In this document: piece by piece, positions 46,564 to 54,398 of the stretch | Layout: every line of letters begins with the position of its first letter | Numbering within the stretch: position 1 is the stretch's first letter | Source of the DNA: Dehalococcoidia bacterium | GTDB taxonomy: Bacteria > Chloroflexota > Dehalococcoidia > Lucifugimonadales > UBA3495 | NCBI GenBank assembly: GCA_965261195.1 | Contig: CBDHDC010000001.1 | Coordinates: 15,260 to 79,259, forward strand | Length of the DNA: 64,000 bases | Direction: 5' to 3' | Notes under the pieces: model-generated | Told to the model about the DNA's origin: nothing | Databases searched by the model: none | The model's input: the letters and a program-made list of their open reading frames with translations, nothing else | Position numbers and translations under genes: made by a program

Positions 46564-47072
46564 GTGGCCTACGCTGCCCGGCCGGACTTCGATGACGCTG
46601 ACCCACTATGGCAGACCTGGGACGCAAGCCCCAACCCTGCCGTTGACGCCGGTCAGCCCATTGGCCTGGAAAAACTGGACTCCAAGGGCGAGGCGGGACG
46701 TTCGCCGTGCGACCACGAGTATGTCTGTGGCTGCTACGCTCAGGGCTATTCCGATGCCCTGCTGTCGATCCAGCCCCCGGCTTCGGACACGTTGCTGGAC
46801 CAAGCCCGCCGGGCCGCCACGGAGGTTGCCCTCAGTGCCGGCGCAGAAGTCCGGCAAACCCAGGGGAGGAACCGGGTGACGCCGCAGGCCCGGTGGTCCA
46901 CCTGCGGCAGTTGCTGACCGCCGCGGGCATTGCCCTGAACCGGATGATGGAAGACTGGGGCCAGCCGGTAGATACCGGCGGCAAGGCCCCGGAAGTCCTG
47001 ATTGCGATGCGTCGGACGCAGGCGGCGCTGGACCAGGCATCCGACGCCGCGGCGGGCATCTGCCTGCCCTGA
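46564..47072 (+). pseudogene. hypothetical gene readable only across a frameshift (about 46850-46900)
   Basis: Listed 46564..46917 (...CDHEYVCGCYAQGYSDALLSIQPPASDTLLDQARRAATEVALSAG) and the tail of 46707..47072 (VVHLRQLLTAAGIALNRMMEDWGQPVD...AALDQASDAAAGICLP*). Confidence 0.25.
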
Positions 47073-47305
47073 GACTGCCGTAGGGGCTGCTGGGTTATCC
47101 ATCCGGGTATAAGCGTGCGGACACCGACTTCGACCGCCTGCCTGCGATAACCTGTCTGGACCCCATCCGCATCGGGGAATGAGGCGATTCCATCCAGCCC
47201 CGGGGGAATTCTGAAGCCGCTCAATCCACGGGCCTGCGGCCGGGAGGCTGGCCAGACTCGTGGAGGCCTGCAGCTTGTGGGTAAGGTGAGCGAATACAGG
47301 GATGA

Positions 47306-47563
47306 GTGATTCCGATAATGACGACTCGACAGAACGACCCCGAAACGATTCGCGAAGAAGGTGTCAATGCTCTTCTGAATCAGTTGCTCCGCAACCGAGG
47401 CATATCGGCAAGGGCAGAGCGCCGCAGCCGGGAGGGTGCGCCCGATATCCGCGTTGATTTGAGAAGCGGCGACCTGGTCATTCTGGAATGCAAGTGGGAC
47501 GGCTCGGCCGGTCTCCTGGAAAACCAGTTTGATGAACGCTTGAGAGAGTCCTGTGAGGTCTGA
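47306..47563 (+). CDS. short PD-(D/E)xK-like protein (possibly truncated)
   Basis: APDIRVDLRSGDLVILECKWDGSAG contains a D...ExK arrangement. The ORF ends just before a 14-bp tandem duplication (47567-47594). Confidence 0.35.
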   Translation: MIPIMTTRQNDPETIREEGVNALLNQLLRNRGISARAERRSREGAPDIRVDLRSGDLVILECKWDGSAGLLENQFDERLRESCEV

Positions 47564-47607
47564 GGACCCGTGAGCAACGGCCCGTGAGCAACGGCAAGGA
47601 GAGAGAA

Positions 47608-47997
47608 ATGAGCGCAAGCCAAGGAGCCGGGGACCAGTCCCAGCCGAGAATCAAGCACACCCCGCACGGGGTCAGGCTGATCATCCAGCCCAACGGTCCG
47701 CCCCGCGTGGAGGTCCAGTACGAGAGCGGGGAGCTGGGCAAACTCACGGGATTCATCGACCACATCTCGACGCTGAGCATGCGGAGCTGGCAGATCAACG
47801 CGATGACCCAGCAGGAGGGCGGCCAGCATCATCCCATCATGGACAACCCCAGGAGGTTCGGCAGCCTGGCCGGCGCGCTGGAGGAGCTGGACCGGACGAT
47901 TCAGAGGATGGAAGAGGTATGCCGCGGTATCTCGAAGAGGGAGAACCGCATGATGGAAGAAGCGCTGGCGGAGTTCGACAGCATACCGGCAGGCTGA
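47608..47997 (+). CDS. hypothetical protein (129 aa)
   Basis: ATG 47608 after AAGGAGAGAG. No family recognised. Confidence 0.4.
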   Translation: MSASQGAGDQSQPRIKHTPHGVRLIIQPNGPPRVEVQYESGELGKLTGFIDHISTLSMRSWQINAMTQQEGGQHHPIMDNPRRFGSLAGALEELDRTIQRMEEVCRGISKRENRMMEEALAEFDSIPAG

Positions 47998-48189
47998 CCA
48001 CACCGGGGCAGAACGCGCCAGGATGCCCAAAACGGGCAGGCAACTGCAATCAGTGGTTTATGGGCGGATTGGACAGGATGAGGCCCGAAACGGGCTGCCC
48101 AGAACCGCCAGGAGACTCCCGGCGCGGCCCCCTGAGGGTTTCCGGGAGGAATTCCGGGAGAAACCGGGAAACCCGGCAGGAGAGAGAAC

Positions 48190-48762
48190 ATGGAGATCAT
48201 GGATATGGTGGGGTGGCCCGCAACCCCGGGGCCGGTCAGACTGAGCCGGGCGGAGGCCGTGATCAGCGGGGATGCCCACCGGGACAGAAGCCTCCTGGAC
48301 GACGGGAAAGCGCTGCCGGACGAGGCCCGCCGGGATGCCCGGATGCTGCTGGGAATGCTGGAGATCATGGACTTCAGCGCCTGGGCCCACGGGGAGGCCG
48401 GGAGACTCGTCCGGGCCGGGCGGATCAACAGCGCGCTGGACATCGCTGAGGTCGCGCTCCAGGGAACCTCGGAGCGGTTCATCGGAACGGTCATCCATCT
48501 CACCGAGGGAACCAGCGAACAGGAAGAGTACATCCTCACGCTGCTCTACCGGGACCCCGAGTGGGCCGGGCTGAACCAGAACCTGCCCCAGCGCCGCAAC
48601 ATGGCGGTCCGGATCTTTGGGAGGATCAACCCAACGGAGGACCCCGCGATGATCATCGCGGCCCCGGCGTGGGCCGCCAGAACGGGCAATAAGGCATATT
48701 CCGCTACTCAGCCCGCCGGTGATCTGGGCCGGGCGATTCACGCTGCAATGACGTGGCGCTGA
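48190..48762 (+). CDS. unknown-family protein, paralogue 3 of 3
   Basis: MEIMDMVGWPATPGP, RRDARMLLG, ERFIGTVIHL, LYRDPEWAGLNQNLP. Collinear with 31286..32002 but lacks its 29-aa duplication. Confidence 0.65.
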   Translation: MEIMDMVGWPATPGPVRLSRAEAVISGDAHRDRSLLDDGKALPDEARRDARMLLGMLEIMDFSAWAHGEAGRLVRAGRINSALDIAEVALQGTSERFIGTVIHLTEGTSEQEEYILTLLYRDPEWAGLNQNLPQRRNMAVRIFGRINPTEDPAMIIAAPAWAARTGNKAYSATQPAGDLGRAIHAAMTWR

Positions 48763-48814
48763 GCACGGAATTGCTCGTGGTACGACTCGACAGCAGGCCC
48801 AGAAAAAAATATTT

Positions 48815-49066
48815 GAGTAATAGTACACGCGCGCGAAAATATAAAAACGTTTTTATAAAAAAACTCCGCGATTCCGTAACTCCGTAACTCAAATTCGAGA
48901 TTTCGTGCTCAAAATAGCCCTTTTTCTGAGTTATGGGAAGGGTCTGCGCCGTAACTCCCGTAACTCACCCCTTTATATACGCGAGCAGACAATTTGGTCT
49001 TGAATGAATGAATAAATTCTCCCCTCGCGCGAGCGGGCATTTATATAGGGGAGAAAACCCCGGGAA
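48815..49066. promoter_or_regulatory. 252-bp AT-rich iteron block, copy B
   Basis: Direct repeat of 38361-38612, offset 10454 bp, with the same palindrome and GTAACTC iteron pairs. Confidence 0.7.
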
Positions 49067-49287
49067 GCGGCCGAAGCCGCGTTTCGGAACCCGGGAAAAG
49101 CCCCGGCTGTGGATCCCCCGGAAGCGGCCCAGCCCCCGGGGAACACCCCCGCACCCGCCGTGGAAAGCCCCGGTCATCCCCGCAGGGAGAAGCCCCGCGC
49201 CCCGGCCCGTGGGGACAAATTCCCAGCCGCAAAAAGCATGTAGCCTTATGAAAAAGACCTCGAGCCGGGGTCCAGGAGGCGAAACAC

Positions 49288-50189
49288 ATGCTCAGAAAGA
49301 TGACCAAGGCGCTGGCCGGGCTGGCGGTGGCCCTGATGATTCCCGGGCTGGCCTGCATGACCGGCGCCGCGCAACCGCAGCCCGCCGCCATCCCGGTCAC
49401 CACGGGGGAGGCCGCCGCCGCCGCCGTGGATGCCCAGATCCCCACGGTGAGGACGGAGCGGGCGGGACCGCAGCCCGCCGCCATCCCGGTCACCACGGGG
49501 GAGGCCGCCGCCGCCGCCGTGGATGCCCAGATCCCCACGGTGAGGACGGAGCGGGCGGGACCGCAGCCCCTGGTCAGCAGGATCCCACGTGGGAGGACCA
49601 TGGAGAGCAGTGGGGAATGATCCCCCATGACCGCCCGGGGAAGCCGGATACCATCACGACAACGGGCGCCGGGCGGGCCACGGCGGCGGCGGACGTCATA
49701 CGGATTCACCTGAGCGCGCTCCGGGACGGCGAGGATGCGGCGGCCGTGCTGGAAGCCGTCACCAGGGCGGCGGCCGCCATGACGGCCGAGGCGGAGCGGC
49801 TCGGGATCGCGCCGGAGGACATCAGCGCGGTGGGGCTGACGGTCACGGAGAAAATGGAGTACGAGCCCAGCGCCCGGCAGTGGGAGAGGAGGGGATATGC
49901 GGCAAGGCAGAGCGCCCTGCTGAAGGTCCAGGACACCGGCCAGGCGGGCAGGATCCTGGGAGCGGTGATCGAGGCGGGAAACCAGGCCGGCACGGGAAGC
50001 CGCATCCTCCTGGACGGGGTGAGCGCGGACATCCAGGACCGGACGGCCCTGCGGCTGGAGGCCGTGGCGGCTGCGGCCCGGAACATGTGGGACCAGGCGG
50101 AGCTGATCGCGCTGACGCCGGGACCGGGGATCTGCAGTCTCCTGGAGACACCGCCCCAAATACCCCCGGGATGGCCCCAGAATGGCTGA
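49288..50189 (+). pseudogene. SIMPL/BP26-like (DUF541) lipoprotein with a perfect 2 x 93-bp tandem repeat and a frameshift
   Basis: Signal peptide plus lipobox (MLRKMTKALAGLAVALMIPGLAC), then PQPAAIPVTTGEAAAAAVDAQIPTVRTERAG x2 (listed 49288..49620). The SIMPL-like body (PDTITTTGAGRATAAADVIRIHL...GYAARQSALLKVQDTGQAGRILGAVIEAG...) is in the frame of listed 49008..50189. Confidence 0.55.
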
Positions 50190-50630
50190 TTCCGGGGTCC
50201 AAACCCCTCTGGCCCAGAGAAGGCAGTGGAACGGGAAAGGGGCCGCCACGGGCCGCCAGCGGCCCGTGGAGCGGGGGCGGCAGCCGTAGCAGTAGCCGGA
50301 GCGGAGCATCCCGGTGGGCTGGCCGCAGGCCGCGCAGGTGGTCTCACAGCTACCGCAGACCATGCGGGAAGCCCCAGACCTTCCGCACGGGGGACAGTTG
50401 GTTCGCTGGCAACCTGCAGGAGAACCGGCTCGGCCGCGGGCCGCCCAACGGCAGACAACCCGCAGACCGGCGAAGGTCACCGCCCGACTGGGCGTGCATT
50501 CAGGTAAAACTCCGCAGATTCTTTAGCTTTTTAGCTTTGATGTACGGATGTCCATGTGCTACTGTTTACAGACGTTGCAATGTCCAAACGTGGTATGTTG
50601 CCCTAAATTCTGCTGCTCCCTGGAGGTGAC

Positions 50631-51287
50631 TTGTCAGCCATCGCGGTCTGTTCCATGAAGGGCGGCACCGGCAAGACCACTTTGGCATTGAACCTCACTG
50701 AGCGGGCCCATGCGTCGGGTCTGCGAGTGGCGGTCATTGACTTCGACCCTCAGGAGGGGGCCATTGGTCTTCTGGACCTGCGCGCCGGCCGCGAGCCGCC
50801 CTGGCCGGTCTTTGCCAGCCGGGTCAGCGTAGCCGGTGCCGAGAGTCTTACTGTGATGAAGTCCGGGGGCGATTATGACCTTCTGGTCTGCGACCTGCCC
50901 GGCTCGGATAGCATGGCCCTGGGCCGGCTTTTGATGGAGATGGAACTGATTCTGTCGCCAGTGGGGGCCAGCGCTGCCGAAGTGATTGTTGCGGCCAACT
51001 TCACACGGTTGGTTGAGCGGCTGAATTTGCCGGTGGTCTTTGTGCCGAACAATATTCCCGCGGGACGGGCGCGGCGTGAGGATCTGCTTCAGGAACTTGC
51101 CAGATTTTCTGATGATGTGTGCCCAGTGGCGGTACGGCACCGGGTGGCGCACCTGGACGCAACTCGCCTGGGGATGGGGGTCTGTGAGGCATTCCCGAAG
51201 TCGATCGCCGCCGGGGATATCAACTCCCTGTGGGAATGGGTGGCTGGGCGGATAAAACTTGATGTTGGAAACGGAGGCAATGAATAA
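50631..51287 (+). CDS. parA: ParA/Soj-family partition ATPase (second locus)
   Basis: TTG start after GGAGGTG. SAIAVCSMKGGTGKTTLALNLTERA, VAVIDFDPQ, LLVCDLPG. Confidence 0.85.
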   Translation: MSAIAVCSMKGGTGKTTLALNLTERAHASGLRVAVIDFDPQEGAIGLLDLRAGREPPWPVFASRVSVAGAESLTVMKSGGDYDLLVCDLPGSDSMALGRLLMEMELILSPVGASAAEVIVAANFTRLVERLNLPVVFVPNNIPAGRARREDLLQELARFSDDVCPVAVRHRVAHLDATRLGMGVCEAFPKSIAAGDINSLWEWVAGRIKLDVGNGGNE

Positions 51288-51688
51288 TGGTCAACTCCAG
51301 GCGTCCGCTGAGGTCACGGGATGACCGGGCTGCCGCGCCCCGGATTGAAGAGATGGTCCAGGCCCCGCCGGTGGGTTCCGAAGCCGAAGTGATTGCCTCG
51401 CCGGAGTCGAATGCGAACGGCCCAGCTGACACGTTGGCTGAGGCCCGCCGGTTGGCCGACTCCCACGGCATGGTGCTTGCCCGGCAGCGGCAACCCCGGG
51501 GAGTTCGCCCGCAGGTACAGGGAGGCAACAAGGTACGGACCACCTGCTATATCTCGCTTCCGGTGCGGCATGCCATGGAGTTGGCCCGCCTGGAGCTGGA
51601 TATGCACATGTCCGATATTATTGAGGCGTCAGTCATACATTACCTTCAGGCACAGGGGCTTCAGGTTGAAGGACTGCCGGATTCCTAG
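51287..51688 (+). CDS. ParG-like RHH partition protein (second locus)
   Basis: The ATG overlaps the parA TAA by 1 nt. C-terminal RHH: VRTTCYISLPVRHAMELARLELDMHMSDIIEASVIHYLQ. Confidence 0.6.
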   Translation: MVNSRRPLRSRDDRAAAPRIEEMVQAPPVGSEAEVIASPESNANGPADTLAEARRLADSHGMVLARQRQPRGVRPQVQGGNKVRTTCYISLPVRHAMELARLELDMHMSDIIEASVIHYLQAQGLQVEGLPDS

Positions 51689-51814
51689 ACTCAGTATTCC
51701 TGGGTCAGTATTCCTGGGTAGGGATTACCCACCCAAAGTCCCGGCATTTCCCTCCGCTCGGTTGCCGCGCATGCACTTCGTTGTCTGAGGGTCAGTCCTC
51801 TCGGATTCCCAGGC

Positions 51815-51910
51815 ATCTGAACGTCTGTAGCTTTGAACACTCGGACGTCTGAACGTCTGGAGTCCTGAGCGTACAAGTGTCCGAGCGTCTGTGCATCCGA
51901 GCGCCCAAGC
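51815..51910. promoter_or_regulatory. iteron cluster downstream of par locus 2 (candidate centromere)
   Basis: TC(N)GA(A/G)CGTCTG-type repeats: TGAACGTCTG at 51818, GGACGTCTG at 51843, GAACGTCTG at 51851, GAGCGTCTG at 51883, plus weaker GAGCGTAC/GAGCGCC copies. Confidence 0.5.
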
Positions 51911-52162
51911 CGCCGGAGCGGAAATCCGGCAGTTGCGCGACCAGTTGCAGGATCAGCAGTCGCCGGCGTGGGACCCGAGGGGCAGCGCCATCATTCGCAG
52001 GGTATCCGGCCCACATTCCGATGCCGCGGACAGCCCAAGCCGGCGGCTCGTGGGAATCTGGCAATCATGGAAGCAGTGTGGCCAGGCAGGGCTCAGATTT
52101 GACCGCCGCTGTGCGGCGGTTGGTACTATCCGGGAAGCGAACGCCTCAAAATGGAGGTGAAG

Positions 52163-52660
52163 ATGAGCGGCACCGATGCCACAACGTGTGCCCACCATTG
52201 GGTGATCGAACCGGCCAGGGGCGCCAGGTCGGCCGGTGTCTGCAAGCTCTGCGGAGCGGCCAGGGACGACTTCGCCAACTCGGACCGTGCGCTGGACGGG
52301 GACGCCGGCGCCGGCCGCCAGCCGATGGGCCTAACGGTCCTACAGCGTGGGCGCTATACCCAGCGGCTGAGAATTCGGGTCAGTATGGCCCAGCGGGTCT
52401 CCTACCGCCGATCGTCGGAGGAAGCAGGCGTCGGGCTGATGGCCTGGTGCCGGCGGGCCCTGGAAGCGGCCGCATCGCGGGGCCTGGGACAGGCTCTCGA
52501 GGAGCGGCCGCCCACCGGCGGCTACACCGACGAGGTGGAGATCACGCTGACCCGGTCGCAGGAGGATGTCTGCCATACTGCGGCGCACCGGAGCGGGCAG
52601 GAACTGGCGGAGTGGATGCGGGAGGCCCTGGACTCGGCCGTGAAGGAGAAGGGCGAATGA
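52163..52660 (+). CDS. hypothetical protein: N-terminal Cys/His zinc-ribbon-like motif + two RHH-like modules
   Basis: ATG 52163 after GGAGGTGAAG. CAHHWVIEPARGARSAGVCKLCG, then LRIRVSMAQRVSYRRSSEEAGVGLMAWCRRALEAA and EVEITLTRSQEDVCHTAAHRSGQELAEWMREALDSAV. Confidence 0.5.
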   Translation: MSGTDATTCAHHWVIEPARGARSAGVCKLCGAARDDFANSDRALDGDAGAGRQPMGLTVLQRGRYTQRLRIRVSMAQRVSYRRSSEEAGVGLMAWCRRALEAAASRGLGQALEERPPTGGYTDEVEITLTRSQEDVCHTAAHRSGQELAEWMREALDSAVKEKGE

Positions 52661-52818
52661 TGGACCAGCCCAACTCACGCCGGCCACGCCGCTGGGGGAA
52701 CCCGAAACCCACCGCGGTGCCTCCGGCCCGGTACACGGCCCTTCTGCTGGAGGCTTTGATTGCCTACAGGAAGGGCTCAGCAGGAAGGGCTCAGTATGAA
52801 CAGCTCGCGGCTTCGTAG
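52660..52818 (+). CDS. small hypothetical ORF (52 aa)
   Basis: ATGATG junction with the preceding stop. MDQPNSRRPRRWGNPKPTAVPPARYTALLLEALIAYRKG... Confidence 0.25.
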   Translation: MDQPNSRRPRRWGNPKPTAVPPARYTALLLEALIAYRKGSAGRAQYEQLAAS

Positions 52819-52923
52819 CCGGCCCGTACACTGATGCCCGCAGCCCGGACCCGCAGCCCCGGTGTCCAGGGTGGAGCGCCTCTTGCCGGTGAGGCGGCAT
52901 CGGAAGGCAATGGAGACGAAACA

Positions 52924-53769
52924 ATGCCGAACATCTACGTTCTGTACCACGCCGGCTGCAACGACGGCTTCGGAGCCGCCTGGATTGCCCACAAGCACCT
53001 GGGCGACGCCCGGGATGGTCGGAGGGTCAGGTACCTGCCCCAGTCCTACGGGGGCGAACCTCCCCGGATGGGACCGGGCAGCCGCATCTACATCCTGGAC
53101 TTCTCCTACCCGCTGGAGACGATGCTGGAGCTGCACCGCCGTCATGAGAGCGTCATCCTGCTGGACCACCACGAGACGGCCAGGGATGCCCTGGAGGGCC
53201 GGGCGCCGGACTGCCACTTCGACCTGGAACGGTCGGGTGCGGCCATCGCGTGGGAATACTGGGGATCGGGGTTCAGCACGAATGAGGGAGATCTGCTGAC
53301 CAGGTACATTGAGGACCGGGACCTGTGGCGCTGGAAGCTGCCGGACTCCCGTGAGGTATCGGCGGCGCTGGACTCCCATCCAAGGGACTTCGACACATGG
53401 GACCGGCTGGACGTGGAGACCCTGGCCCGGGAGGGCACGGGAATTCTGCGGTACATCCGGACGCAGGTCGAGAACCTGGCCGGCATGGCCCAGGAGCAGG
53501 AACTGGCCGGATACCGGGTCCCGGTGGTGAACACGTCCCTGCTGGGGTCGGAGACCTGCGAGGCCCTGCTGGAACGTCACACCGAGGCGGAGTTCGCCGC
53601 AACCTACTGGGAACGGGACGGACGGCGGCACTGGAGCCTGCGGAGCCGGGCTGACGGGGACTTCGACGTATCGCAGGTGGCCCTGAAGCGGGGGGGCGGG
53701 GGACATCCCCACGCGGCGGGCTTCACCGAGGAGCCGGGCCGGTGGGAACCGATGAACCCGGCAGACTGA
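52924..53769 (+). CDS. DHH/DHHA1-family phosphoesterase
   Basis: MPNIYVLYHAGCNDGFGAAW, DHH motif VILLDHHET, DHHA1 motif GGGGHPHAAGF. Internal start preferred over the listed 52834. Confidence 0.75.
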   Translation: MPNIYVLYHAGCNDGFGAAWIAHKHLGDARDGRRVRYLPQSYGGEPPRMGPGSRIYILDFSYPLETMLELHRRHESVILLDHHETARDALEGRAPDCHFDLERSGAAIAWEYWGSGFSTNEGDLLTRYIEDRDLWRWKLPDSREVSAALDSHPRDFDTWDRLDVETLAREGTGILRYIRTQVENLAGMAQEQELAGYRVPVVNTSLLGSETCEALLERHTEAEFAATYWERDGRRHWSLRSRADGDFDVSQVALKRGGGGHPHAAGFTEEPGRWEPMNPAD

Positions 53770-54017
53770 GAGTTCCAGCCGGCGCTGTCGCGGTTCCCCT
53801 GGAACAGTGGTAGCGCGTGGAACAGTCGCAGCGCGCCGGTTGTCCGCAGACTGGCTGAGATCTACGTGGCATTCGATAAGCATCGGTGAGGCAGCATCGG
53901 TGAATCGGAACATTGACAGCCGGCAGGAATAGTTGACGCCAAACAAGACGGCTGTAGGCAGGGGCTGAGGTTTTTCCACGCGGCGTCTCAACGGTCGTTC
54001 ACAAAACGCTTGACGCA

Positions 54018-54119
54018 GTTGTTGGACGCCGACTATTGTTGAACGGGGTTGTTGGACACATCGGCGAGCGTGGGGATGGAATTTCTGCGGAGGTGTTCAA
54101 CAACGCCCGTTTGTTGAAC
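54018..54119. promoter_or_regulatory. res-like cluster of five (G/A/T)TTGTTG(G/A)AC repeats upstream of the recombinase stub
   Basis: Direct copies at 54018, 54035, 54048 and 54110. One inverted copy lies at 54093-54104. Confidence 0.5.
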
Positions 54120-54173
54120 GCCTCACCCCCAATGACGCCGGCCTGGGCCGGCCGGAGGAACCCCATGACCATG

Positions 54174-54329
54174 CTCCCAGTCACCTACGGCTACGCCCGG
54201 GTCAGCAAGGCCGACGACGATGCCAAGAACCTGGACACGCAGCTGCGCCTGCTGGCCAACCACGGCATACGCGATGACCTGATTTTCACCGACGTGGCCA
54301 GCAGCCTCACTATGGCGGTGGACCGGTGA
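54174..54329 (+). pseudogene. N-terminal stub of a serine recombinase (resolvase/invertase)
   Basis: MTMLPVTYGYARVSKADDDAKNLDTQLRLLANHGIRDDLIFTDVAS, followed by 7 unrelated residues and a stop. The catalytic Ser motif YARVS is present. Confidence 0.7.
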
Positions 54330-54398
54330 AGGACCGGGCCTTCAGTGAAATGCCCAGCGATCTCCATTGGGTCAACGGTATTTCCTGTGTGAACAGTG

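Noticed and set aside
45933-46627. ORFs 45933..46595(+) and 46106..46627(-) between par locus 1 and the 46564 ORF.
   Set aside because: They have low-complexity Arg/Pro/Gly composition on both strands and no motifs. Short coding-like pieces (for example SEVIPLAYEETWEHRYTAAETWRIAASGYQLRCICGD*) exist in a third frame, but I cannot define a gene.
49041-50480. The 479-aa minus-strand ORF as a real gene.
   Set aside because: It overlaps the whole SIMPL-like gene and the 93-bp repeats in antisense. Only its first roughly 60 codons (the CxxC-rich segment) look potentially meaningful, and these are reported separately as a low-confidence finding.
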